The notes beneath the pieces are model-generated. The model searched no databases. It saw only the letters and a program-made list of their open reading frames with translations, and was not told the DNA's origin. This document shows, one piece after another, positions 37,336 through 47,379 of a stretch of DNA of 64,000 nucleotides. Position numbers and translations under genes: made by a program. The DNA comes from Macrostomum lignano (Eukaryota). Location: the NCBI GenBank assembly GCA_002269645.1, contig NIVC01000573.1, positions 310,001 through 374,000 of the forward strand. The letters are read 5' to 3'. Each line of letters begins with the position of its first letter. Within the stretch, counting starts at the first letter, position 1.

Positions 37336-37945
37336 GGAACCGGATGAGCCGTGGGATTTTTTTTCGGGCCAGCAAGCATCGTCAGGGACGGGTTGGGCCC
37401 CCGAGGTAGTGGAGCCGGTCTCGGTTGAAGGCCGGGCAGTAGCAGACGAAGTGCTTGGCGTCTTTGTTCCCGAGGTTGCAGCAAGGGCGGAGTTCGCTCC
37501 GGCGAACACTTTGGAGGAAGCAGTGCGTGGCAAAGCAACCGTGACCTGTGAAGGTCATGTGAGAGCGCGGATAGCTAGTTATCTTTTCGATTTTGGTTCA
37601 AAGGATTCTCCGCAGCTTGAGGGACGGATTGGGCACTGCCCCACGGGATTGGCGGCAGTTGGAAATGCCATCCTGTCTGCGCAAATGCAGGATGTCCGCC
37701 CAGTCGTTGATCTGACGATTAATGACCGTGGCGGGGATGGGGGCCAGAGGCACGGGGCCAAGGAGTGAGCTGGTACTATCCGCCTTGGCGAGGGAGTCGG
37801 CGAGCTCGTTACCCTTGAAACCGGAGTGTCCTGGGATCCACGTAAGCCAGACGGTGTTCCTCCGAGCCAGCCTGTTGAGCTGCCCGACACAATCGCGGAC
37901 TGTTCGGGAGTTCGTAGTGGTGTGACACAGGGCCTGCAAGTCTCC
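37335..37945 (-). mobile_element. Non-LTR retrotransposon ORF2 3' fragment (RNase H + C-terminal CCHC)
   Basis: LQAL...TNSRTV...VWLTWIPGHSGFKGNELADSLAK (RNase H), then frameshifted FTGHGCFATH...CCNLGNKDAKHFVCYCPAFNRDR. Confidence 0.88.
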
Positions 37946-38430
37946 GGATTCAACAGCAGTAGGGGCGCACGATTCAACAGCAGCAGGGGCGCACGATTCA
38001 ACAGCAGCAGGAGCGCCGGATTCAACAGCAGCAGGGGCGCCGCGGATTGAACAGCAGCAGGGGCGCACGATTCAACAGCAGCAGGGGCGCACGATTCAAC
38101 AGCAGCAGGAGCGCCGGATTCAACAGCAGCAGGGGCGCCGCGGATTGAACAGCAGCAGGGGCGCCGCGGATTCAACAGCAGCAGGAGCGCCGGATTCAAC
38201 AGCAGCAGGGGCGCACGATTCAACAGCAGCAGGGGCGCCGCGGATTGAACAGCAGCAGGGGCGCCGCGGATTGAACAGCAGCAGGGGCGCCGCGGATTGA
38301 ACAGCAGCAGGGGCGCCGCGGATTGAACAGCAGCAGGGGCGCACGATTCAACAGCAGCAGGGGCGCACGATTCAACAGCAGCAGGGGCGCACGATTCAAC
38401 AGCAGCAGGGGCGCTGGATTCAACAGCAGG
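37946..38430. repeat. 24/26-bp minisatellite (~19-20 copies)
   Basis: Units gattcaacagcagcaggggcgcac and ggattgaacagcagcaggggcgccgc; the 24-mers read PAAVESCA on the minus strand. Confidence 0.95.
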
Positions 38431-38835
38431 ACGTCCAGAATCTTTGCTCAGGAAAGTGCTAATTCCTACTGTCTTTCTGGCGCTTTTCTCAAGAAGACGA
38501 AGCTTTTTCTTGCGTCTGTTTTCAGCCCCGGTGTTACATTTTAGACTATCCGGGGTTTTTTTGTCTGGCCCGGATATCCGAACGCACTTACGATATCCGT
38601 CCGGATACTGCCAAGCAAAAAACCTGTTTTGTTTTCTCCTTCCCATATATCTTGAGCTGCTTTGCATTGTCCGGGTACTTTGAGATGTCTCTCCTGGACA
38701 TCCTACGGCACTGACTCTGCTATCCGGCCCGGAGATCACAAGAAGGGGAAGTTGTCTTGGGACATCCGACTGTAGGTTGAAAGAGAGGGGTCAGTCTGCG
38801 GAGACAGAGGTTTGCTTTAGGACATCCGGCTACTG
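38431..38835 (-). mobile_element. Possible 5' end of a hAT-type transposon (transposase N-terminus + subterminal motifs)
   Basis: Minus strand reads TGAENRRKKKLRLLEKSARKTVGISTFL, similar to the SGA.KRK....I..FF start of ZMYM1-like hAT transposases. Repeated GGATATCCG/GGACATCCG motifs lie upstream; CAGTAGCCGGATGTCC is a candidate terminus at 38835. Confidence 0.45.
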
Positions 38836-38972
38836 ATATCCGAGGTTAGGAATAGCAAAACTGTGAAATCAATTTTCACAAAGTAGAAAAAACTTTTTTC
38901 TACTTTTTCAATTGGCAAACATCTGCGTCATGCTTGTTTAACCGAGTATATTTTCAATCACTATTTTGCATT

Positions 38973-40419
38973 TCACACACTCCAAACAGAAGTAACATTA
39001 AAGCTATTGATACTATACATTGTCAACCGAAAAACCGCTACTTGATTCACCAATCTACATGTAATTCGATCAATCAAAAACAGGCGATCCGCTGAATGAA
39101 GCGTGATGAGCCACAGCCTTCTTCTGATGTTTTCAATTCCGTTTACACATTTTGACAACCCAGCCAGCTGATAAGTAGTTTTGCCGAGGCATTGGATGAT
39201 GCGGTAGACCCGCTCACTCCACGTCTTCTGCAGCTTTCCGCCCTTCCTGTCGTCTCGGCGTGTGTTGCGAAGTCTCACCCGATCTCGAACCTTGAACTCC
39301 TCCGCTCGAGTTCGTAAAGCTGCGTGGCGCTTTTTCATTCGCTGCTGGCTCAGTTTGATTCTCCGCGCGAAGAATTTTTGGGATGCAGCTCGCTGTTTGT
39401 TCTTCTCGATCATCCAACCCCGATTTACAGGTGCAAACTTAGGCTTCGAGGCAGTAGGCAGCAGCGCCGCTGCCTGGTTGCCTAGCAAAGGTTCGAAGCC
39501 AAACGCGGCCTGAAATGGTGAAATTCCAGTGACTGAATGTCGTCGGCTATTGTAGGCCAGTTGAATTTCATTGAGCCTGGTGTCCCAGTCAGTTGGATTC
39601 TCTGATGAGCAACACTTTCTTACTGATGCAGGTCTGGTTCAAGCGTTCGGTCTGTCCGTTAGTCTCTGGGTGATACGCGCTTGTTACTCGTCTTTCAGTT
39701 CCACCAGATTCTAGAAGGACGTCAATTATTGAGTTGCAGAACTCTCGTCCCTGATCGCTGAGGATAATGCGCGGCCAACCGAACAGTGCAAAGAGGTCCT
39801 TCAGTTCCTTCGCGATGGATGCAGCTTGGATGTTAGACAGAGGCCGGAATACAGCAAACTTCGTAAATTTACAGCACACTGTCAGAATGTACGAGCTACT
39901 TGGATCCTGAATCGGTGGTCGTTGGCATGGTGATGCAGTCGACACAGAGAAACCCAAAAAGCCTGCTCGCATTGTCCGGTATTTCAATCGGATGAATTTC
40001 GCTTTGCTTGGTTGAAAATTTCTTGTTGACCACTTCGCACTTGCACATGCACAAGCTTCCACAACGGATTTGGCTATTGGCGATACAGGGAAGTCAGTGA
40101 AGTACCTCGACGTAAAGAGGCTCAATGTGCTCTTTATACCTACGTGACTTCCCTGAATGTGCAAAGCTTGCATTTTGCTCTTGACTTCTGCGATGTCGTA
40201 AAGAACTTTGCGCTTCTCTTCAGACCTCCTTCTCTGACTGTCCGCTTTGTTCTTGACTTGATGGTAAAACGAGCCTTCATGAATCGTGAAGTTTTTGCTC
40301 TTTTCTCTGATTTTTCTTTTTAGATTATCTCTCTCTTTCGTATTGGAATTTTCCGGCAGCTCAACATACTCGTCTTTCAAAACATAAAAAAACACTTGGT
40401 TCAGTGATACTTTAGCCAT
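38973..40419 (-). pseudogene. Stand-alone gypsy-type integrase (Ginger/GIN1-like transposase) with three frameshifts
   Basis: Starts at its own ATG (40419) with EY...KERDNLKRKIREKSKNFTIHEGSFYH; H-H-C-C; IHPIEIP...LCVDC, SDQGREFCN, TSAYHPETNGQTERLNQT; then WD..L....AYNS..HSVTG.SPF and GGKLQKTW..VY.I. Frameshifts near 40050, 39905 and 39620. No RT/RNase H upstream. Confidence 0.85.
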
Positions 40420-41353
40420 CGAGAGATAAATTTTCCTAAAGGTAGAACTTCGATAAGAAATAAACTCTATATATCTTAAAGTTACGTGTAATATACTCTC
40501 TCTAATTTGCGCAACACTTTCCTTTGTGGGCTATTAGCTCGTACACTGATCTTCATTGCACGTACGCTTGTAGTGCTAGCAATGTGACGCCAGTCCATTA
40601 TCGATTTATTCTTAGACTGCACCTCATCTGCCCCTCCCCTGTCTAAGGTGCAGTCAGGGCCCTTCCCTGGCCTCTGAGTCAGCCCCATTCTCTCGAAATG
40701 CATGCCCCATTCACATGCGCTTTATCAGGTAAATAACTTGACCACCTTGCCACCCAAATCTTTATTCACCCGGACAATTTAAGACCCAGGATATTTCAAA
40801 GCCCGATTTTGTTGTGCCTTGGATTATCCAGGGTAGGTTATCGCAAAGCGACAATAATTTTGCTTTGCGATGTCCCCCGGATAAATTAAGACCCCGGAGA
40901 ACAGAAAGCCTAACACCGGCGGCTCTACGTTTCATCGCAATGGAGATTTAAATATGTCACATTGCAATATTTGAGGAACTTGAAATCAGCAGAGAGATGC
41001 AACATTTTTAAAATAGTTTAATTACTTTAAAGCTGGGGTGCCCCAACTGGGGTGGGCGACAGTAGCAAAAACTGTTCCGAAGTCGGCCACTCGCTAAGCC
41101 GTGAAGTGAGGCCACCCCTCAATGTACATGTGAGTGTCGCAGCTGCAAGTCTTCAGTTCATTTGCCATTCGTCTTTGCTTACTCAGCTGTTTTCTCCCTC
41201 TTTGTCTGATTCAGTCTTGAATCTTATTATTTTTATCTTTCTCCCTCGGTGCCTTCTGATTGGCCCTTCAAACTTGCCTCTTTCCTCAGTCGCGTACTTT
41301 ACCCCTCATTTTTTATCAGCCTCAACCCCCATATTTTAAGGCTTAGTGGGCAT

Positions 41354-42800
41354 CTAGTGTGCCTTACAATGGGCAACTTCGGAGGGGGGCGGCCTGGGAG
41401 GACGTTCTGGGTCAAATCCGTCAACAAGACCAGCATGGTTGGCGGTCGCAATGTGCGAGTTGACAAAAGTCATGCCACCGCGAGCATCATCAAACATGTG
41501 GTACATTTCCGAGTCCTGGAGGAGTTCCAACTCGAGATGGCAAAACAGGTGCCGCATCGAACAACATGCCAGGCCGCGTGGTAACGTTATGTGCCGGGTC
41601 GAGGCCATCCGAAGTTAGACTCATGTGTCTAAAGGCGTCAAATGGAGCTGCAAGTTGCCGAATATCCATTTCGAGATATGCGAGCATGTAGTCACGAATA
41701 GAATCACACTCGGACTCCCTGCAGACCCTGTGAGCAGTGACGTAATCCTTGTTCGGAACAGGCCTCTCCCGTGAGGTCATTTCTGAATGCCTCTTGGGGG
41801 GCAGCTGAGGATCGCGCAGCCTCTCGACACTGGTTGCATAGGAGTAGGGAAAGAAACCCTTTTGCAAGAGAATGTCCTCGGAGACTCGTGGGTAGCGCTG
41901 CTGCATGGCCAGAGTATGAGTGCAGCAATCCCGCTCGAGGTTCTTCACCAGCTGAGCTAGGCTACTTGCCATGAACTGATATGAGTCGAGAAAGCGCAGT
42001 CGCATAAACTTGCGAACCCACTTGTCTGCTCTAGTGTCGTAAGCCTCCTCCACCATGATGCGGGCCTCTAGTGTCATGTACCGCTCCTTGGTCTGGGCGA
42101 ATACACTCAACTCCCAGTTCTTCTTGCGACCAATCGCAGTGCTGCATAGCAAATGTCCTAGCCCGCGAAGATTGTGGAAGAAGACTGGAAGCAGGTCCCG
42201 CCTTGAGAACGGCCGCTTCGTTATACTCGGGGCAGGATGCACCGAATAGCTTGCCGTTCAGATGGTCATGGTGGAAGTGCCGAGAATCATTGACCATGGC
42301 CGGTCGCACAAGCAGCAACGTGTGGCACTTCGGAACCTTTCTTCCTCCTCGGGAGTTCGGAGGGCCTGCTGATGGCTGTAGCGTAGCGATTATTCCAGTG
42401 GTAGGCATTTACTGCCACCACGTCTTCGAGCGCATGAAGAAATCTAAGCATGCAGGCCTGCGGAACCTGCAACCCTGTGGAAAAGCATTAGCGGTTCCTG
42501 AAGCAGAGGTGGGCCAGACATGATTTCCCGCGCGACAACGTAGAACGCCACCATTCGCACCTCTTGGTGGTAGTGGCATCAGCCTCTACGTCATCAACGG
42601 GAGGATTCAGGGCCCCAAAGTCTGCGTAAGCCGCATGCGGAGGCGAAAGTGTCTTATGCCATGCCTTGAACTTCAAGGTTGACTCCTTTGGCATGACCTC
42701 ATTCACTGGACCGTGCTTTTCTGGATACATGCCTCTCGGTGCTTATCACACTCAGCAAGACTCCTGCACTTGGCCAAGCAGCGGTTTGTACGATTGTACG
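41354..42800 (-). pseudogene. Polinton/Maverick (adintovirus-like) protein-primed DNA polymerase B fragment with endonuclease-VII-like segment
   Basis: Frameshifted motifs LKFKAWHKTLSPPHAAYADF, HDHLNGKLFGASC, PVFFHNL, LRFLDSYQFMASSLAQL, QKGFFPYSY, DYMLAYLEMD, GLDPAH..T.PG, RGGMTFVN; truncated before the YG/KxxxNS motifs. Confidence 0.85.
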
Positions 42801-43247
42801 TAGGATATACCGGTAAAATTAGCATAGAATAGAATCCCAATTTTCTAAACAGAAGGCGCTATGAATATCAAATGGAGCTATAAGAAAGGCAAGTCACATC
42901 AAAAATTGATCATTGGATCTGCCTGCTATCCAAAAGCATTAACAATTTTGTGCTGAAAAATGAAAAAGTCTTATCTGAAAATGTATTTTTTCGGTAAAGT
43001 ACCTGCCTCCTAAAATTGTCCAAAAAAACGTAGTTTCCAGTCATACTTGAGTGGTCCTTGGTCCCAGTCATACGTGTTGACAGCAGTCTTGCTACCAAAT
43101 ATGGGTTATATCGTTGCCCATTTGTTTTTATAGCATTTTGATTTGTTTTAGCGAGTTTCTGTTCCTCTCTGCCTTAAGAGTTTCATGTGCCTGCCAAGGA
43201 CCGCGGGGATGCTCCGATTGTGTGAGTAAAAACCGGCTACAAATTTT

Positions 43248-44983
43248 CTAGTTTTTGTCCAGTCCGAGGACCGAAGCAACGAAAGTCTTGGCTTCGTCCA
43301 TTGTGGCAACGGCTGGCGCGTGACCGGCCCGCAGGAAGCCGTACATGCCGTGCACTGAGGCGTAGCGCCGGTGCCTGTGGCTTCTGGAACCGCCTGCGGC
43401 GCCGGCTCGCACCAGCCGCTCGTGGAACATGCGGCCCTCGTCGCGCAGTACATCAAACTGGCAGGTCTGCGTGAGGCTGGGTGGAAATTTCGCCAGCAAC
43501 TCGTCCGGAGCGAACAGCGGAGACAGCAGCCAGTCCCTGTAGGCGAACTCGTACCGGCTGATGGCCCAGTCCAGTCCGGCTCCCCCGATGTCATTGGGGC
43601 ACTGGCTGGCCAGCTGGGGCAGGCCGAACTTCTTGGCCAACTCCGACCTGTAATGCGAGTGCTGACGGGACTGAATGCTGGGCTTCGTGGCAGAGCGGTG
43701 TCGCAGCGATGAACTACATGTAACTGCTCCAAGCATCAACAGAATGCTGCATGTCTATATTCGACTGCGTCCTCAAAGTACACTCGGGGTACAAAGCAGT
43801 CATGGTTGTCTAATGGTTGCGGGCATTGCTTAGGCTTGGATATTTGCAGCTTGCTAGTCACTTCCCAGTGCGATTAGAAATCTCTACGATGTTTAGCTTT
43901 GAGCTTCTGAAAGCTCTGCAAAACCCCCTTCTGTAGTTTAAAGAAGGGAAGCACTAAAAATGATATGTCCAGACGGCCTACCTGATGGCTGGGCTGCTGT
44001 GGTTGCTGGCCTTCCACACCGGCACGTCGGCCGTGTCGCCAACCAGGTAGGCCAGTCGAAATGCGCACGCCGTCGACTCGGACAAGAAAACGTCGAATCG
44101 ATTCTCCAGGTGGCTGGGCAGGCAGAAAGTGACGAGCTGCGTGGCAGGGTAGATGAGCAGCAGGGCCGACGGCACGGCCTCGCCAACCTGCAGGAGCCGC
44201 AGGGTGACGCCGATGCTGAGGTGGCCGCCGGCGCTGTCCCCGCCGAGCAGAAGCCGCTCGGGATCGATGCCGTAAGCCTCGGCATTCGACCGCAGGTGGC
44301 GCAGCGTCGCCAGGGCGTCCTCCAGCGCAGCCGGATGCGTCCACGCCGGACTCTTGCGATAGTCGGGCGAGAAGACTGGCACGCCGAGGCTGGAGGACAG
44401 GTTCCCAGTAAGGTAGCTGTACTCAGCCGGGCTGTTGAGCACATAGCCTCCGCCGTGCAGGAATAGGATGGCGGGCGATGGTTTCTGCGACTTCATCTGC
44501 TGCTTGTTTGGAGCATCGATCTTCAGTGTGAGCTGCGATCCGTCAGCCTTCAGTGCGGGAGTCAACGTCACATTACGGATTAACTCTAATGGCTTCAACG
44601 GTAATACTTCTCGCAAATTCAGGAACGGTCGATCCGTACAGTTAAGACACTCTAACAGCAGAGCTACCCTGCGCCCCATTGCTCACCCTTGTAATGCTCT
44701 CAATTCGAGACTCAAGCTCAGGAAAGCTGACGGCCGCATTGCTCGACCTGATGATTCGCAACAGAAACTTGGCAGGTTCGAACACTTTCCGAGTGGCGCC
44801 CAGCATCCATGAGGCAACGCCGGTGTAAAACACAAAGTTGAACGTAGGCAGAATGCGCTGCAGCGGCTCCGGGTCTTCGATTCCGCCGGGAAGCGCCGAG
44901 TGCAGCAGGCCGCTGTTGGCCAGCAGTGCGGCAGCGGCCGCCACCGCCACCGCTAGACCGAGGACGAGGTTTTTGGCTTTCAT
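43248..44983 (-). CDS. AADAC/NCEH1-like alpha/beta hydrolase, copy B, 3 exons
   Basis: Exons 44983-44687, ~44592/44583-43982, 43647-43248; same HGGG, GDSAG, D and H motifs. Four substitutions versus copy A in the ORF translations (V>A, A>V, K>N, A>T). Confidence 0.92.
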
Positions 44984-45457
44984 TCCTCTAGCAAATGGAG
45001 TTTTGCTCGAACTTTTACGTAGCCTTCTACCATACAATTGTCGCTTTGATTAAAAGCTTGAATATAGCATTCAAAAACAGCTGACTGACTTGTTTATTAC
45101 AGCGTAGCTCGTATCACAGCGCTCACAGCAATTTTACAGAGTTGCACACAATCGGAGCATGCAGCCCCGCGCTTAGTTAGGATTCTATAAATGTACGCTT
45201 TTGCTCTCTCGACTCAAGTGCAGTTTTGAAGCGAAGATTATCTTAACTTTGAATTTGGCAGATCGACTGACTGCGTGTGGCCGTCTTTGCGGCCCCTCAC
45301 TCTGCAATTAAACAAGGACTACTAGACTAGAACAAGTTTACCTAGTGGTCCCTGCTATTAGGTAGCACAGCTAGTTTACAAAGCCAACGCAAATTGGTGT
45401 ATAAGTCCGAGCAGTATGAACGAGCCTTACATGTTAAATTTTCAAAGCAAAGTCCCC

Positions 45458-45622
45458 CAGCAACATGTTTCAGCCTTTAGTTAATTCAACTCTAAAAGCC
45501 ATCGCTCTCTGCTTTCTCCTTAACAGCCTGAGCTGGGGCCTTGGGGGCCTTGTGACGCAAATCGCATCACCCACGGTTGAGACGAGAACCGCAGGCGTGG
45601 TGGAAACTTAAGCATGTTGCTG
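45458..45622. mobile_element. Small MITE (~165 bp) between esterase and transporter in copy B
   Basis: TIR CAGCAACATGTTT / AAGCATGTTGCTG (12 of 13 matching); no convincing TSD. Confidence 0.55.
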
Positions 45623-45891
45623 AGTGCATTTCTCGGAGTTTGATAGATAGATTGATAGATTCGAATCAAATTTTATGCTACAAAATTTGCATGATAGAAG
45701 ATTAAGTTTATTGGAGCAGTAGAATAAAGTTTAAATAGTAAATTTGTCAGTTCTTGTGAACCTCGTGACAGTTGTTTTTTCAGCTCAAAATTACTCGCAA
45801 CAGAAGCATTCAAATCACTAAGCCTTGCACTTTGTATCTACTCTGAAGAATTACTGAATGTACTGCACATAAAGTGCAAGCAATCCACGCG

Positions 45892-47379
45892 TCAGTCCCG
45901 CCCGGCAAATGAGCACAGCTGAGGTCCATCCTGCCCTTCGGCCTCCTCAGCCTCGTGATCCGACAGCAGCCCGGAGGCCAGAGGCCACGAGATCTTCTCC
46001 CAGTAGGCGATTTCGATCAGCAGCAGGCAGATGACACAGCCGTAGGCGTAGTGCGACTTCGGCTTCATCCTGTCGTGAAGGTCCAAATGCAGCACGTTGC
46101 AGAACTGCAGAGCCAGCAAAATGGCGCCGTTGAGGAAGATGGCAAGTCCCCAGACCGTGTAGAAAATGCCCACCATGGTCGCTTTGGCGCCGGCGTCAGC
46201 AATGCGGTAGATCATCTCGTAGATGGCCATTGTGGTGAGTACGTTGGTGACTCCGTCGCAAAAGGCGGACACGAAGTAGACGGTCCACACTGTTGCGGAG
46301 CTCCAGCTCTCCATGCTGATCACCTGATGGAAGTCGAGCAGACTCAACAGCATCAGCGGGACTTTTGAGGCGGTCATCAGGCAGAGACCGGCTCGAATGC
46401 GGGTCATTAAGCTCGCCCAGCCAGGTGCTCCGAGCTTGTAGATTGCAGCTGCTCCCACCAGGCTCAAGGAAATCGTAGCTGTCTGATAGCCACCAAGCGG
46501 GATAAAGTAGGCCAGGACGTCCTTGTCGCCGTAAGCGTGAGTGAATATCCGGATCTGGTACCAGTAAAGAGTGACTCGGCACATCGTGATGGAGGCCAGA
46601 TGGGGAATCGTGCCCGCTGCGATCAGATAAAATTTTATCAGCCGCTTTCTTCGAGGCATCACGAAGTTCTCGACATTTTCGTGTCTCAGCACGGCGTCTT
46701 CGCTTTGCAACGTCAGCACCGTCAGGCAAAGAAAGCTGCAGACGGCGAAGATGACGCACAAGTACTCGTAGCTTCTCTCCGTGAAGTACTTCAGCATGGA
46801 TGGCACGTTGCCAATCGTCTCGCCGGTGGCCGCGGCGAAAAAGTACAGGCAGAGCAGCAGCTGCCTGGTGCGGCTGCTCGTGGCGATTTGCATCGGCGCG
46901 TAGAGCGTCAGCGAGTCGCTGAAGCCCAGGAACAGCAGAACGGGAACCCAGGCCAGCAGGTACATCGGCATTCGGCAAACCAGGCCAGCCGAGTCGAAGG
47001 CCGTCAGCATGGCGCTGCCGCACAGCTGCAGTCCGACGCCGATCCACAGCGTCTTGAGGCACCCGAGGAAAGCATCGGACAGCAGGCCGCCCAGAGTTGG
47101 TAAACAAAGCGCTGCAATTGCCATGGCGATTACAACAATATTGAGCATGCTAGTCGGCGTCTGCTTTTCGTAGACGCAAATCCCGGCGTTGGCAGCTGTC
47201 TGATTGAACGCTTTTACGTCGAAAGTGGCCATTTGATTTTCGTACATGTTGCCGCAGAGTTTCATCACGAGCAGCATGGCCACGGATACCTTGCTGGAGC
47301 CGCTCATCCGCGACCTTCTGCCCGGAGTCAGGAGTTCTGTGGACTCACCCAGACTGCCGCTGGATTCAGTGGATGGCAT
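45892..47379 (-). CDS. Intronless divergent POT/PTR2 (SLC15-like) transporter, copy B, 495 aa
   Basis: Single intact ORF; 16 amino-acid differences from copy A counted from the two translations. Confidence 0.8.
   Translation of the reverse strand: MPSTESSGSLGESTELLTPGRRSRMSGSSKVSVAMLLVMKLCGNMYENQMATFDVKAFNQTAANAGICVYEKQTPTSMLNIVVIAMAIAALCLPTLGGLLSDAFLGCLKTLWIGVGLQLCGSAMLTAFDSAGLVCRMPMYLLAWVPVLLFLGFSDSLTLYAPMQIATSSRTRQLLLCLYFFAAATGETIGNVPSMLKYFTERSYEYLCVIFAVCSFLCLTVLTLQSEDAVLRHENVENFVMPRRKRLIKFYLIAAGTIPHLASITMCRVTLYWYQIRIFTHAYGDKDVLAYFIPLGGYQTATISLSLVGAAAIYKLGAPGWASLMTRIRAGLCLMTASKVPLMLLSLLDFHQVISMESWSSATVWTVYFVSAFCDGVTNVLTTMAIYEMIYRIADAGAKATMVGIFYTVWGLAIFLNGAILLALQFCNVLHLDLHDRMKPKSHYAYGCVICLLLIEIAYWEKISWPLASGLLSDHEAEEAEGQDGPQLCSFAGRD

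Noticed and set aside
37579-38739. 386-aa minus-strand ORF as a single novel gene
   Set aside because: A composite of a putative transposase start, a minisatellite and an off-frame read through the LINE fragment.
38973-42800. Integrase + PolB as one intact Polinton/Maverick
   Set aside because: The integrase has Ginger/gypsy-type motifs (SDQGREF, TSAYHPETNG) rather than Polinton-type ones; no TIRs, capsid, ATPase or protease seen. Kept as separate fragments, though linkage is not excluded.
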